Position numbers and translations under genes: made by a program. A DNA stretch of 64,000 bases from contig CAVVXT010000012.1 of assembly GCA_963752255.1 (NCBI GenBank), positions 64,001-128,000 on the forward strand, written 5' to 3'. The first letter of the stretch is position 1. Every line of letters begins with the position of its first letter. Below are positions 1 through 10,544 of this stretch, one piece after another. A model generated the notes under the pieces. The model saw nothing but the letters and a program-made list of their open reading frames with translations. It was not told where the DNA came from and ran no database searches. The DNA is from Nitrososphaeria archaeon. Lineage in GTDB: Archaea; Thermoproteota; Nitrososphaeria; JACIWG01.

Positions 1-544
1 GAGAAAGGACAAGCATGAAGAGCGAACCCAGCATGAACTGGGAGCCTACGACTGAGATTGGGTCGTCTTCCTTCATTTTTTTGAAATACACTGAAAATAG
101 TGACCATAAGACTGCGTTGACGAGGGTTAGTATAGAACCTAATAGAAGGAAACCTGTCAGTAGAGGTATTGAGAAGATTACGACACCTGAAAAACCTATC
201 ACGGCACCTATTACTTCTGTGAGTGTCCCCTTTTCCTTTAACAGTGCCCATGAGGTGAAGATCGTTATTAGGGGCATTGTGTAACTTAGTACGGCTGAAT
301 CTGAAGGAGATAAATATTCGAGTCCGTACGCCCACAGGACAGTACTTGATGTCGTAAGCAACGACAGAATTATTAAATCCCTATTAAACAGAAAACGTCT
401 CGAAATTAATAGCAACAATGAGCCCGCTATCAAGTATCTCAATCCCATCACGAAAAATGGCGATGAGTAGTTGAGCGAATCCTTAGTGAATTGATACAGG
501 AATACGGCAACTACGATGTAAGGAACCAAATACTTAAACTTCAT
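1..544 (-). CDS. EamA/DMT family transporter (runs off window edge)
   Basis: Manual translation from ATG at 544: MKFKYLVPYIVVAVFLYQFTKDSLNYSSPFFVMGLRYLIAG..., hydrophobic, DMT-like 'P..F...RYLIAG'. Not in the ORF track because it is truncated. Confidence 0.75.
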   Translation of the reverse strand, partial: MKFKYLVPYIVVAVFLYQFTKDSLNYSSPFFVMGLRYLIAGSLLLLISRRFLFNRDLIILSLLTTSSTVLWAYGLEYLSPSDSAVLSYTMPLITIFTSWALLKEKGTLTEVIGAVIGFSGVVIFSIPLLTGFLLLGSILTLVNAVLWSLFSVYFKKMKEDDPISVVGSQFMLGSLFMLVLS

Positions 545-776
545 AAGGTTAAGTGCGTAGTTATCAAGTTCTTAATTAATTTTTTTATACATAACTATTG
601 TAACGCCATCTTTTTCCGACCTTGTTTATAAGATCTAAAGTGGAGCCGATCTGGCGTCTATCTTACCTTTTTCTTAAATTATTCATTAAAATGGAAAAGC
701 TTTGCAGATGTTTGAGGAGTGGTCACTTAAATGGTTATAAAGAAGTGTTCTTGTCGAATGTGACAATGGAAGTAAA

Positions 777-1982
777 ATGGCTGCGCCAGTTAAATCGGAT
801 AATGGGATGTTTGTAAGTCCTTATAATTTTGAGGATGATGTGGTAAAGCAGTTTAGGTTTAAGGGTGTAAAGATTAATGATACAACTTTGAGGGATGGTG
901 AGCAGACGCCAGGTGTTGTCTTCACCATCGAGGAAAAGCTGGAGATTGCCAAGCTTCTTGACGACATCGGCGTGATCAGATAGAGGCCGGTACACCCGCT
1001 ATGTCCCCGCATGAAACCAAAGCGGTCAATTTGATCGCCAAACAGGGACTTAAGGCAAGCGTGATGGGCTGGGCTAGGGCTGTCAAGGAGGATATAGAAT
1101 CGGTGATCAAGACCGACGCCGATGCGGTAGCCATATCCATCGCCACATCGGATATTCACTTAAAACACAAGTTGAAGATGGATCGGGAACAGGTGGTCAG
1201 CGTGCTGTCAGCATGGTGGAGTATGCCAAAGCCCACGGCCTCTATGTCTCCCTCAACGCAGAGGATGCGACTCTAACAGATTTCAACTTTCTAAAAGAGT
1301 TCGCCCTAAAGGGAAAGGAGGCAGGGGCAGACAGGTTGAGGATCTGTGACACAGTAGGTGTGCTCATACCAGCCGCATCATTCTATCTGACAGCGAGGTT
1401 ACTGAAGAAGTGAATATGCCTTTGGAGATTCATGCTCATGACGACTATGGGCTGGCTGTAGCCAACGCGCTGGCTTCCTGTGAAGCTGGATCAGAGTATG
1501 TCTCAACAACCGTCAACGGCCTAGGTGAGAGGGGTGGGAACTCATCCCTGGAATCGGTCATCATGAACCTAATCAAGCTATACCGTCGACCCAACACATT
1601 CAAGACCAGCAGGATCATTGAAATTTCACAATTCGTGGAGAAGGCGTCAGGGATAGCTGTGCCCGTGAACAGGAGCATCGTGGGAGGCCACATGTTCACC
1701 CATGAATCCGGAATCCACGTTGACGGCGTCCTAAAGTTCTCCTACACCTATGAATCCTTTCCCCCAGATGAGATTGGGGCAAGCAGGAGAATTGTTGTCG
1801 GGAAACATTCTGGGAAACATGCCATATGGGATAAGCTAAGGGAGATGAAGATAGAAGTGGATAAGACACAGTTGATGCAGATACTTGACATCGTCAAGGC
1901 AACGGGAGAGGAGAAGAAAAGGTCCCTCACCGATGAAGAATTAAAAACAATAGCCCTTGAGATACTTAATATCAGAGAATAA
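777..1982 (+). CDS. Homocitrate synthase / 2-isopropylmalate synthase family (DRE-TIM), split by 3 apparent single-base indels
   Basis: [32 protein letters not shown] and HESGIH motifs spread over ORFs 777-983, 1001-1276, 1213-1413 and 1410-1982. No C-terminal LeuA regulatory domain. Confidence 0.9.
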
Positions 1983-2167
1983 TACGGTAAAAATAAGGAA
2001 GTAAAATTAAGAAAGCGTTTAAATAAAAAAACAGCAACTTTCGATTAAGTTAAACAATCGTTGGAGTTTATTCGAAAATCAGCTGATGTTATAGGAGCTA
2101 AAGTATCAGCAAGATAGCAAATTTTCTTAAATAACAAAGGTTGGCTTTCGATAGCTATTTTTCATCT

Positions 2168-2930
2168 CTATTCGAGCCATCGCCAGACAAGTGCGGCTAG
2201 GATCCCTCCGATGATGGGAGCAGCCAAAAATAGCCATAGCTGGGTCAAAGCAGTTCCTCTAACGATGACAGCTGGGCCAAGGCTTCGTGCAGGATTGACT
2301 GAGGTACCTGTGATAGGTATTCCTACAAGATTGATTACTACTAGACTTAATCCGATTGATAGCCCAGCGAAACCCTTAGGAGCCTTCTCACCAGTTGATC
2401 CGAAGAAAACCAGCAGTCAAGATAAAGGTCAGGACCATTTCAGCGATAAAACAGGATACCATAGAAATCCCCGCAATTGAAGCTTCGGCGTACCCGTTCT
2501 GCCCTAAGCCTACAGTTGCAAGGTCATATTGCGGACTTCCTGAAGCTATGTCATAGAGCATTGCGGATGCGAATATCGCTCCAATACACTGCACTGCCAC
2601 ATAGGATACCGTACGTCTAACCTTCATCTTCCCAGCAACCAACATCGATATCGAAACTGCTGGGTTTAAGTGGCATCCGGAGATACTTCCTATGGTGTAT
2701 GCCATAGCAAGGTAGGAGAGGCCGAAGGCAAAGGCTACTCCGATATAGTTTCCTGCCAGCACAGAGACACTGCACCCTATGAAGACATACACGAAAGTGC
2801 CCAAGAACTCAGCCAAATACATCTTTGCATGACTTGGTTCGCTCGTAACAGGACTTGGTTCGCTCGTAACAGGACTTGGTTCGCTCGTAACAGGACTTGG
2901 TTCGCTCATTGCATGATCTGTCTCGCTCAT
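2168..2930 (-). CDS. aqpZ: Aquaporin Z (MIP family), one frameshift near 2415
   Basis: AEFLGTF and SGCHLNPAVS in the first frame. Second NPA (GTSVNPARSLGPA...WLFLAAPIIGG...WRWLE*) read manually in the shifted frame. Confidence 0.9.
2831..2907. repeat. 21-bp tandem repeat (about 3.7 copies) encoding SEPSPVT in the aquaporin N-terminus
   Basis: gacttggttcgctcgtaacag repeated at 2831, 2852 and 2873, partial at 2894. Confidence 0.95.
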
Positions 2931-3030
2931 AACAAAACCTTCAAGAAAACATCACAAGACATAATTGCTCCCTATTCGGCTAAAGTTCTCCTCCTATATA
3001 TGAATATAGAATGGAGCGAATGCAAGTTCC

Positions 3031-3070
3031 TAAAAAATGGTAAAAAATGGTAAAAAATGGTAAAAAATGG
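3031..3070. repeat. 10-bp tandem repeat x4 (taaaaaatgg), intergenic
   Basis: Four exact copies seen directly. Confidence 0.95.
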
Positions 3071-3161
3071 ATATCCATATTATATTGTTAGACAATAAGG
3101 TTTAGAATTCTAAATAAGACCATAAAAGTAGCTTTTGCCAGATATTACCTAGAGGATGTTC

Positions 3162-3425
3162 CTACTTGCTCTCTGGTGTAGCGGATCCTGCTTCATCCTT
3201 TACGGCTGGCATCTCTTTTTCTATTTCTTCGATCGGCTTAGGTGGAGGTGTTGTCATAAGCGTGTACCCTATCCAGCAGACTACGGCTAGAGCCCCCGCA
3301 ATGATTACAAAGCCTGTAATCTGGAGCACTATTATAGGAAATGAATACAAAAGGAAGCCGTAAACAATTATCCCAACAATGCTTACTAAAAGGAGCAGCG
3401 CCCCAATCAACTGATCTCTATGCAT
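3162..3425 (-). CDS. Small two-TM archaeal membrane protein (DPM2-like pattern)
   Basis: 87 aa, two hydrophobic helices, WIGYTLMTTPPPKPIEEIE tail, GGTGA SD-like motif upstream. Confidence 0.75.
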   Translation of the reverse strand: MHRDQLIGALLLLVSIVGIIVYGFLLYSFPIIVLQITGFVIIAGALAVVCWIGYTLMTTPPPKPIEEIEKEMPAVKDEAGSATPESK

Positions 3426-3549
3426 ATCCTATCACCTATTTCGTATACATGTAAGGGTTTATAACAATACCTCAATATATAGCAAAAACTTTATTTGGAA
3501 GACTTAAACCACTATTAATTAGTATCGTTATAGTTAAAGGGTTTCAGAT

Positions 3550-4528
3550 TTGATGAAAAAAGCTCTCGTCACAGGTGGAGCAGGCTTCATAGGTAGCCAT
3601 ATTGTTGATGCCTTAATGTCTGATGGTCTCCGTGTTACTGTATATGATAATCTCAGTAGTGGTAAGCTTGATAATATCCAAAGAAACTTAGGGAAAGATT
3701 CTTGCACGTTCTTCAAAGGGGATATGTTAGAAGGGAGCGCAGTCTCATATGTTCTAAAAGGCTGTGATGTAGTATGGCATCTGGCAGCTAATCCTGAAGT
3801 TAAGCTTAGCTCCACAAATCCTGACATTCATTATAAGCAGAACATTCTGGCTACATACAACCTACTCGAAGCCATAAGGAAGGGTGGGAACGTCAAGATT
3901 CTTTGCTTTGCTTCTACCTCTACTGTTTATGGGGACGCACTTCAGATTCCTACTATTGAAGATTATTCACCCTTGGAGCCTATTTCAGTTTATGGCGCCA
4001 GCAAGCTTGCCTGTGAAGCCCTAATATCTGCTTATGCCCACACTTACGGGTTTAAGGCCGTCATCTACCGTTTAGCTAACGTTGTCGGCCCGAGGAGTGG
4101 GCATGGAGTTCTCTACGACTTCGTCAGGAAGCTTCAGGAGAACCCTAAGGAATTGGAGATCTTGGGTGATGGCGCTCAGACAAAATCATATCTTCATGTT
4201 AGAGATTGTGTCGAAGCAATGCAATATGGTCTAGATAATTCGAAAAAGCAGGTTGAAGTCTTCAACATTGGTTCAGAGGACCAGATCAACGTTATGGTCT
4301 ATAGCTGAGATAGTTATAGAAGAAATGGGCCTAAAAGACGTCGAACTCAAGTTCACCGGCGGCGTTGACGGAGGCAGAGGCTGGATAGGTGATGTCAAGA
4401 ATATGCTCCTAGATGTCGGTAAACTTAAAGCTTTAGGCTGGAAACCTGAACTCAATAGTGAAAACGCTGTAAGATCCGCTGCGAAAGACCTAATCAAGAA
4501 AATGGTGGCGAAGAAGAAGTCTTCTTAG
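3550..4528 (+). CDS. NAD-dependent epimerase/dehydratase (UDP-glucose 4-epimerase-like), frameshift near 4297
   Basis: TGGAGFIG, STSTVYG and YGASK motifs. The C-terminus (GWIGDV, LGWKP) is in ORF 4253-4528. Confidence 0.9.
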
Positions 4529-4591
4529 TACTCTAATTTCATTACCTTATTTTTTACCACATTTATTATAATATCAGTAAAAAATAATTAT

Positions 4592-5057
4592 TTAACCCAT
4601 AAAATCTGCAAGCAAGTTATAGGGGTCCTTGATCGTCTGGAAGGAAACGCATGTCTGCGTCTTCTGTATACCCCTCATCATTCTAAGCTTATCTATGACA
4701 AGTGTCCCTATTTCGCTCACTGATCCTGCACGCACCTTAATTATTATATCCCATTCTCCTGAAATCAGGGAGACCTCGTAGACTTCAGGTATCTTCGCGA
4801 TTTCTTCTGCGACATTCCTCTGTGAAACGTTACTATCTCCGCTGAAGCCGACTAGAATGAAAGCCGTCACTTCCTTTCCGATCTTATCGTAATCTCGTAG
4901 GGCTGTAAACTTTTTTATTACACCAACCCACAAGCCTCCTCATCCTCTCCTGAACCGTCGCGCGAGGCATTCCCAGCTCGTTCGCTATTTCCACGACAGG
5001 TTTCCTACCATCATCAAGCAACTGAAGTAATATTTTTCTGTCCTTATCGTCCATCAT
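4592..5057 (-). CDS. Lrp/AsnC family transcriptional regulator, frameshift near 4930
   Basis: Manual N-terminus MMDDKDRKILLQLLDDGRKPVVEIANELGMPRATVQERMRRL (HTH) plus RAM domain (ISGEWDIIIKV). Confidence 0.9.
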
Positions 5058-5058
5058 A

Positions 5059-5073
5059 TTAGCATAATGCTAA
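5059..5073. promoter_or_regulatory. Candidate Lrp/AsnC operator palindrome
   Basis: TTAGCAT-A-ATGCTAA perfect inverted repeat between the divergent regulator and asnA. Confidence 0.45.
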
Positions 5074-5161
5074 AAAAAAGAGATATATATATTTTTTATC
5101 CGTTATATTGCTAAAGAATATGGTATAATGTTTTTAAGGGATGTAAAGTGTCGCTCTGTTC

Positions 5162-6148
5162 GTGCAGACTCAAAAAGGCGAAGCAGGAGAAAAAGGTTCA
5201 ATTAAAATACCGAAATCACTTGAGCAGATGACTACTGAAGAGTTGACGGAGAAATTCTTTTTGAGCAAGATATTCACTCAGACCCTGAAATCGCTCACGG
5301 AAGGTTTCACTGAAGAGGGTTTTGAATGGTTTCTACCCGTAATATTCTCGAAGTCAACCGATCCCCTCTGGCCCGACCCAGGGGCGTCGATTGAGAAAAG
5401 AATTGAAACCGAGATATACGGTGTCACCGTCAGGACGACCCTGAGCATGATCATACACAAGCTCGTCGCCTGCTCTCTAGCCTATCCGAAGTTCTTCGCC
5501 CTTTCACCAAACATAAGAATAGAGAAGAGGGAGAGGCGATCAACGGGATGGCACATATACGAATTCACACAGCTCGACTTTGAGACGAGAAACGCTTCCT
5601 CAAATGACATAAGAAGCTTGGTGGAGAGAATATTCTGCAGGGTGATCAGCGACCTGAAAAGCAAACGCAAGGAGGAGCTAATACACCTTGGAAGATATAA
5701 TAGTATAACCATTCCAGAGATTCCGTTCAAAGTTTACGATAGGGAAGAGTTAGAGGGTAAGTGGGGGAATGACTGGGAATCGATGCTACCTAAAGAAATA
5801 CAGGTCCCAACATGGGTTATCAACATTCCAAGGGAGTTCTATGACTTTGAAGACTTCGATAGCGGTAAGTGGGACAACTGCGATCTTATCCTGCCAAAAA
5901 ACGGCGAAGTGCTATCAGGTGCAAGGAGGGAGTGGCAGTACGATAAGATTGTAAAGAAGATCGAAAGGGATAAGGTGAAGAAAGAAAATTATAAAATCCT
6001 TTTGGCGCTCGCAAAAGAAGATAGGCTCAGACCTTCAGCCGGAGCAGGGATAGGCATCGAAAGGCTTGTCAGCTGGATAGTTGGTGCAAAACACGTAGGT
6101 GAAGTGCAGCCGTTTCCCAAGATACCTGGCGTAGTCTATGAACTATAG
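5162..6148 (+). CDS. asnA: Archaeal asparagine synthetase A (AsnRS catalytic-domain paralogue)
   Basis: STDPLWPDP, SMIIHK, SPNIRIE, HIYEFTQLDFE, GEVLSGARRE and SAGAGIGIERL motifs. No anticodon-binding domain. Confidence 0.88.
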   Translation: MQTQKGEAGEKGSIKIPKSLEQMTTEELTEKFFLSKIFTQTLKSLTEGFTEEGFEWFLPVIFSKSTDPLWPDPGASIEKRIETEIYGVTVRTTLSMIIHKLVACSLAYPKFFALSPNIRIEKRERRSTGWHIYEFTQLDFETRNASSNDIRSLVERIFCRVISDLKSKRKEELIHLGRYNSITIPEIPFKVYDREELEGKWGNDWESMLPKEIQVPTWVINIPREFYDFEDFDSGKWDNCDLILPKNGEVLSGARREWQYDKIVKKIERDKVKKENYKILLALAKEDRLRPSAGAGIGIERLVSWIVGAKHVGEVQPFPKIPGVVYEL

Positions 6149-6345
6149 CTCTTTTATTAGATCATAGCCTAAGGATATTGGACCACAAGTTTACGCCAAC
6201 ATAGGGGCTAACGTGTCATTCGTAACTTTAAGGGATATTAGGATAGATGGAAAATACTCCCTACTCCTTAAAGATGAAATTTCTGCTTTATTATATTAAA
6301 GGCTGAAGGAAAGGCTAAATAACAGTATAGCAAATACTTCATCAC

Positions 6346-7656
6346 ATGCAAAAACCTTCATTGATATTAACATTCTCTCTTATTTTGATGCTGATGACAG
6401 TAGCAGTACCTCAAACACACGCCCAGAGGAATGTGTTCGAGCTCTGGAGCAGCGCCATGCAGACCAGCGACGCGGCCGTTTCAAAGGATGGAAACTACCT
6501 CGTAGCTGTAAACAACACGGGATTATACTACTATTTATCGAGCAACAGTAACCCGATATGGTGGTGCACACCACTGTACTGGTCAGTGCCATCCACGTTC
6601 GCGTCAGTTAAAATATCCGCTGACGGGGTAGACGTGGTAGTTGGAAGCACAAACGGTCACATCTTCTACTTCGGCCAATCTAGGGGCAGAAGCGGCTTAC
6701 AAAGCGCTTTTACATGGGAAAGCGTGAGTCTAGGAGGGGTTATCGAACCGCGGGCGCTCGACATATCAGATAATGGGGTATATGTTGTAGTAGGCGGCAC
6801 AGGCGAAGGCGTATACTACTTTGGAGGGTCAACTCTGAGAACCACAAGCAGCGAAGCTCCGGACTGGAAAGTCTACATGTTGGACCACGTTAGCGCTGTA
6901 GACATATCCTCTGACGGACATTACGTGGTTGTAGGTGGAACTCTAGGCACAGGAGGCGAAGTAGTCTTCTTCAAGGACGCATGGAACGGGCCAACTCCCC
7001 AATGGATTTCCAGCTATCAATATGTTGGCGCAATAGGCGATGTCGCAGTTTCCGACGACGGATACGCAGTATCAGCTGTAGACCAGAATGGTGGTGCCTC
7101 ACTCTACTATTGGGCAAACGCGCTTACACTTATAGGCAATGTTCCCCCGACATGGGACAACCTTAGCCTACCCTTCAGGTCCGTTGACATGAACTCAAAC
7201 GGAGACATGGTCGTAGCTTCATCTGGAACGGTACCCTTTAGTCTCCACTTCTGGAACAATTCGAGAACCAGGACTTCAGGTGAATTCACTTGGACGAGGC
7301 TTAGTGATTATTTTGTGACAGAATCAGCCATAAGCGCCGATGGAAGCATAATAGTAGCGACAATTGAACAAACCCAAAACCCCGAATTTGGCGTATACTT
7401 CTACGATCCTAAGGGTAACCTTCTAGGACAGTTTAACTTGGACCAGATGAGCCCCATAATATCAGTCTCAGGAGACGGCCAAATAGTAGTGGTGGCAGGC
7501 CAAAGTGTTGATAGCTTGCACGTCTACAAGCTGCCTCTACCGTATACTGTAGGAGGAGAGCTCACAGAACCCACGATACCAAATATAGTAGTGGCCATTG
7601 TAGCCATAGCATTAGCGTCGACGATAATATTGGGCTATAAACTTCGGAGAAGTTAG
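6346..7656 (+). CDS. Secreted beta-propeller (WD40/YVTN-like) protein with C-terminal membrane anchor
   Basis: Signal peptide, repeated 'V.IS.DG.YVVVG' blades, VGGE motif followed by TM helix and basic tail. Confidence 0.75.
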   Translation: MQKPSLILTFSLILMLMTVAVPQTHAQRNVFELWSSAMQTSDAAVSKDGNYLVAVNNTGLYYYLSSNSNPIWWCTPLYWSVPSTFASVKISADGVDVVVGSTNGHIFYFGQSRGRSGLQSAFTWESVSLGGVIEPRALDISDNGVYVVVGGTGEGVYYFGGSTLRTTSSEAPDWKVYMLDHVSAVDISSDGHYVVVGGTLGTGGEVVFFKDAWNGPTPQWISSYQYVGAIGDVAVSDDGYAVSAVDQNGGASLYYWANALTLIGNVPPTWDNLSLPFRSVDMNSNGDMVVASSGTVPFSLHFWNNSRTRTSGEFTWTRLSDYFVTESAISADGSIIVATIEQTQNPEFGVYFYDPKGNLLGQFNLDQMSPIISVSGDGQIVVVAGQSVDSLHVYKLPLPYTVGGELTEPTIPNIVVAIVAIALASTIILGYKLRRS

Positions 7657-7918
7657 CCCACCATATATTTTTTTCTTTCAAATTATCCTAGATTAGTTCT
7701 TTCATGGCCCACAGGAATTCTCAGACTAGATGGGTCAAATATGAGCGTAGGTGAGACCAATAAAATGCCTCCAAGGGGCTTTATTACTCTTCCTCCTAAC
7801 AGTCTGTACACGATATAGGTTTCGATCTTAGGATCCCTTATCCTTCCATTTAGAACCAGCAAATCTTAAGAATTCTGTACCATAAAAGCTTATATTAGGA
7901 GAAAAGGACTTAACATAG

Positions 7919-8626
7919 ATGAATATGGATATAATAGAAAACTTTAATGAAGCAGGAAGGTTCACAGCAAAATTATTGAATAACATTGGCAACCTTATTA
8001 TATTGTTAGTACTGGCCATTATCCCGATCGTTGACTTTATCTTTCTTGGCTACTTAGTAAAGGTTATCAGGGAAGGAAAGGGTCTGGCTGAACCGCCTAA
8101 AATATCCGATTACGGGAAACTTTTTGTCGACGGATTAAAAATAATCATCGCAGTAATTGTTTACGCGATTATACCAGCGATCATCTTAGGAGTACTGGCG
8201 TTGCCCTTTATACCTACTTTCACTCTCGGCTTCTTAGTCTCCCCCCTGGCTTTTATAGGATCGATCTTTGCTTACGTAGTGATAGCGCTTGTAATATTCT
8301 TCGTCTTCTCGATATTTGGAGTAGCGGCGATAGGTAACATGATTCGCAACAACAGATTCATGAAAATATTTGCTTTCGGAGAAGCCTGGAAGATAATATC
8401 TAAGACAGGGTTCGGAAAATACCTCGCATGGCTGGTTCTTGTCTTTGTCTTAGGACTAATAGGTTCAGGTTTCGGAGCCGTGAATTGGATTTTAGGAGCT
8501 ATAGTCTCAGTCTTCATAGGAATCCTTGTAGCAAGGTCGTTTTCGACATTGCTCGATGAGGCGCTTGGACAACCCACACAGCCTCCAGCTGTTACGGTTA
8601 TTCCTCCAGCTCCTTCGTCTCCTTGA
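7919..8626 (+). CDS. DUF4013-like membrane protein
   Basis: IIPIVDFIFLGYLVKVIR...P...DYGKLFVDGLK pattern, multiple TM helices. Confidence 0.75.
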   Translation: MNMDIIENFNEAGRFTAKLLNNIGNLIILLVLAIIPIVDFIFLGYLVKVIREGKGLAEPPKISDYGKLFVDGLKIIIAVIVYAIIPAIILGVLALPFIPTFTLGFLVSPLAFIGSIFAYVVIALVIFFVFSIFGVAAIGNMIRNNRFMKIFAFGEAWKIISKTGFGKYLAWLVLVFVLGLIGSGFGAVNWILGAIVSVFIGILVARSFSTLLDEALGQPTQPPAVTVIPPAPSSP

Positions 8627-8797
8627 GTAGAAGAACTATAACAATTGGAAACCATCTCATAATTTACCGCTTACGTTCAACGATATCAAAATTAATTGCA
8701 ATGATATGCCCTTTAATGAAATTAATTAAGTGTTCCTACCGCACTTCGTAACACTTAATTACGTCGCTGACGGCAATTTTTTGAATGTGATATCGCC

Positions 8798-9661
8798 GTG
8801 AAATTAATCGACGTCCTATCCCTTTCCTCTGTAGTCCTCCTCTGGGGCTCGACCTTCACGATAATCAAGCTCGGGGTGTTGGAGGTTCCTCCAATCACTT
8901 TAGCCTTTATACGGTTCCTGATAGCACTCCCCTTCCTCTTTGCTTTAACATTCCTACAGAATAGGAATGCATTTGGAAAATATGTCCTCGAAAATTGGAG
9001 AGCCTTTGTCCTCCTCGGTTTGACCGGCGTAACGTTACAGAACCTGCTCCAGAATGTTGGGATACAGTATACAACGGCCTCAAATGCTAGCCTGATAATC
9101 GCGATAAATCCGGTTTTCATTTCATTGCTTAGCCATTTCTACTTAAAGGAAAAAGCGAGCTCAAAGCTAATTCTGGGTGCCGCACTCGCCTTTTTTGGCG
9201 TACTCTTTGTCATCGAACCCCAGGAATGGTCACTTTACCCGACGAAGGTGTTCGGAGACCTTTTATGTCTAGGCTCCGCAATCTCCTGGGCCCTCTACTC
9301 GGTGCTCGGTAGAAAAACGCTATCAAAATGTGGAGCGAACGAGATGACTACATATTCTATGGCGTTCGGTACACTGTTCCTGCTTCCTGCTGCTATTTTC
9401 TTAGAAAAACCTGCTGTTCAGACATCAATACCAGTTGTGTCTATGATACTCTATCTTGGTCTGCTCTGTTCAGCTTTGGCCTTCCTTCTCTGGAACCGTG
9501 CTCTAAAAGATGTTCCAGCGACTAAAGCAGGTGCTTTCCTGTTCTTTATACCTGTAGTTTCAGTTGTAATCGCACATTTTGTCCTATTTGAACCTTCTGA
9601 TATCTTTTTCATCATAGGCACCCTTCTTGTGATGGCTGGTGTTGCAGTAACAGAATTATAG
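8798..9661 (+). CDS. EamA/DMT family transporter
   Basis: LLWGSTF, P..LAFIRF, two EamA repeats, about 10 TM helices. Confidence 0.9.
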   Translation: MKLIDVLSLSSVVLLWGSTFTIIKLGVLEVPPITLAFIRFLIALPFLFALTFLQNRNAFGKYVLENWRAFVLLGLTGVTLQNLLQNVGIQYTTASNASLIIAINPVFISLLSHFYLKEKASSKLILGAALAFFGVLFVIEPQEWSLYPTKVFGDLLCLGSAISWALYSVLGRKTLSKCGANEMTTYSMAFGTLFLLPAAIFLEKPAVQTSIPVVSMILYLGLLCSALAFLLWNRALKDVPATKAGAFLFFIPVVSVVIAHFVLFEPSDIFFIIGTLLVMAGVAVTEL

Positions 9662-10270
9662 AAAAATGATCACTACGATAATAAGACCACCTTTTTCTCA
9701 GAACCTTTAACGTTTATTTTAAAATAAACTGGAATATTTTCCTATAATTTTTAAGGTTATTGTCAAAAAATAGGGGAGGCTAAGTGGTTTTTTAAACCGT
9801 TTGCCTTTTTAGGCAAGGAAGAACATTCTCCTTTTTTTCTTAGCCTTATCTAAAGGCATTAAGCCTTGTTCTTCCTCTATCTTGTCTATGTCTTTCCATG
9901 GCATGACTAGGGCCACTTTACAATGCTATATAAATCTTTAATAATATAACAAAAATTTAATGGATAGCAGAAAATATTATATTTTAGACGCTAAAAGGAG
10001 TGGCTATGCTAGTTTATATATAGTCCGCTCTAATCTTGGTCACTAATTAATTAGTTTATTTTATTATAGTTCTCTTTTTCATAGATTACAATGTAGTGTT
10101 ACAAAGCGCTCATTTTAGTCTGAACGTGCAAATAGAATTGTAAGTCTTCTAAAAAGTCAGACTGACACTGGAATAACAGCGATGTCAGGTTGATTAGGAT
10201 ATGCATCTGTCTAAGCTTTCTATCTTAAAGGTAAAACGTATATACTACAAAAAAGCCCTTCCCTAAAAAT

Positions 10271-10341
10271 GGTCTGTGTGCATATTAATGGGTGCCCCTT
10301 TTTAAAGAGCACCTTATTATTTCGGTCGATGCACACGGACC
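10271..10341 (-). ncRNA. Candidate small structured RNA (long hairpin)
   Basis: 13-bp outer inverted repeat (ggtctgtgtgcat / atgcacacggacc, one mismatch) with an inner GGUGCUCU/GGGGCACC stem. On the minus strand, TATA-like TTAATATA upstream and a T-run downstream. Confidence 0.35.
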
Positions 10342-10544
10342 TATATTATTACATATAATATATTAAGAATATCTGTTCCAATGTTTAAAGTTTTTAACTA
10401 ACTATGGACTGAAGTTATTCTGCTTGAACAGTTCAACTTATGCAAGAACGACATCATCAAAAATGGTGTATCTGTAGATGAACGTTCTCGTAATTCGTGC
10501 TAACAAGCATCAAAGATTATAACCTACTAAGGGTGTCATTTATC

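Noticed and set aside
2831-3070. Tandem repeats as a CRISPR array
   Set aside because: Units are directly adjacent with no unique spacers.
5162-6148. Asparaginyl/aspartyl-tRNA synthetase
   Set aside because: It lacks the anticodon-binding OB domain and has the DPLWPD signature of archaeal asparagine synthetase.
9809-9904. 31-aa minus-strand ORF MPWKDIDKIEEEQGLMPLDKAKKKRRMFFLA
   Set aside because: A plausible small protein, but no motif or other support is available from sequence alone.
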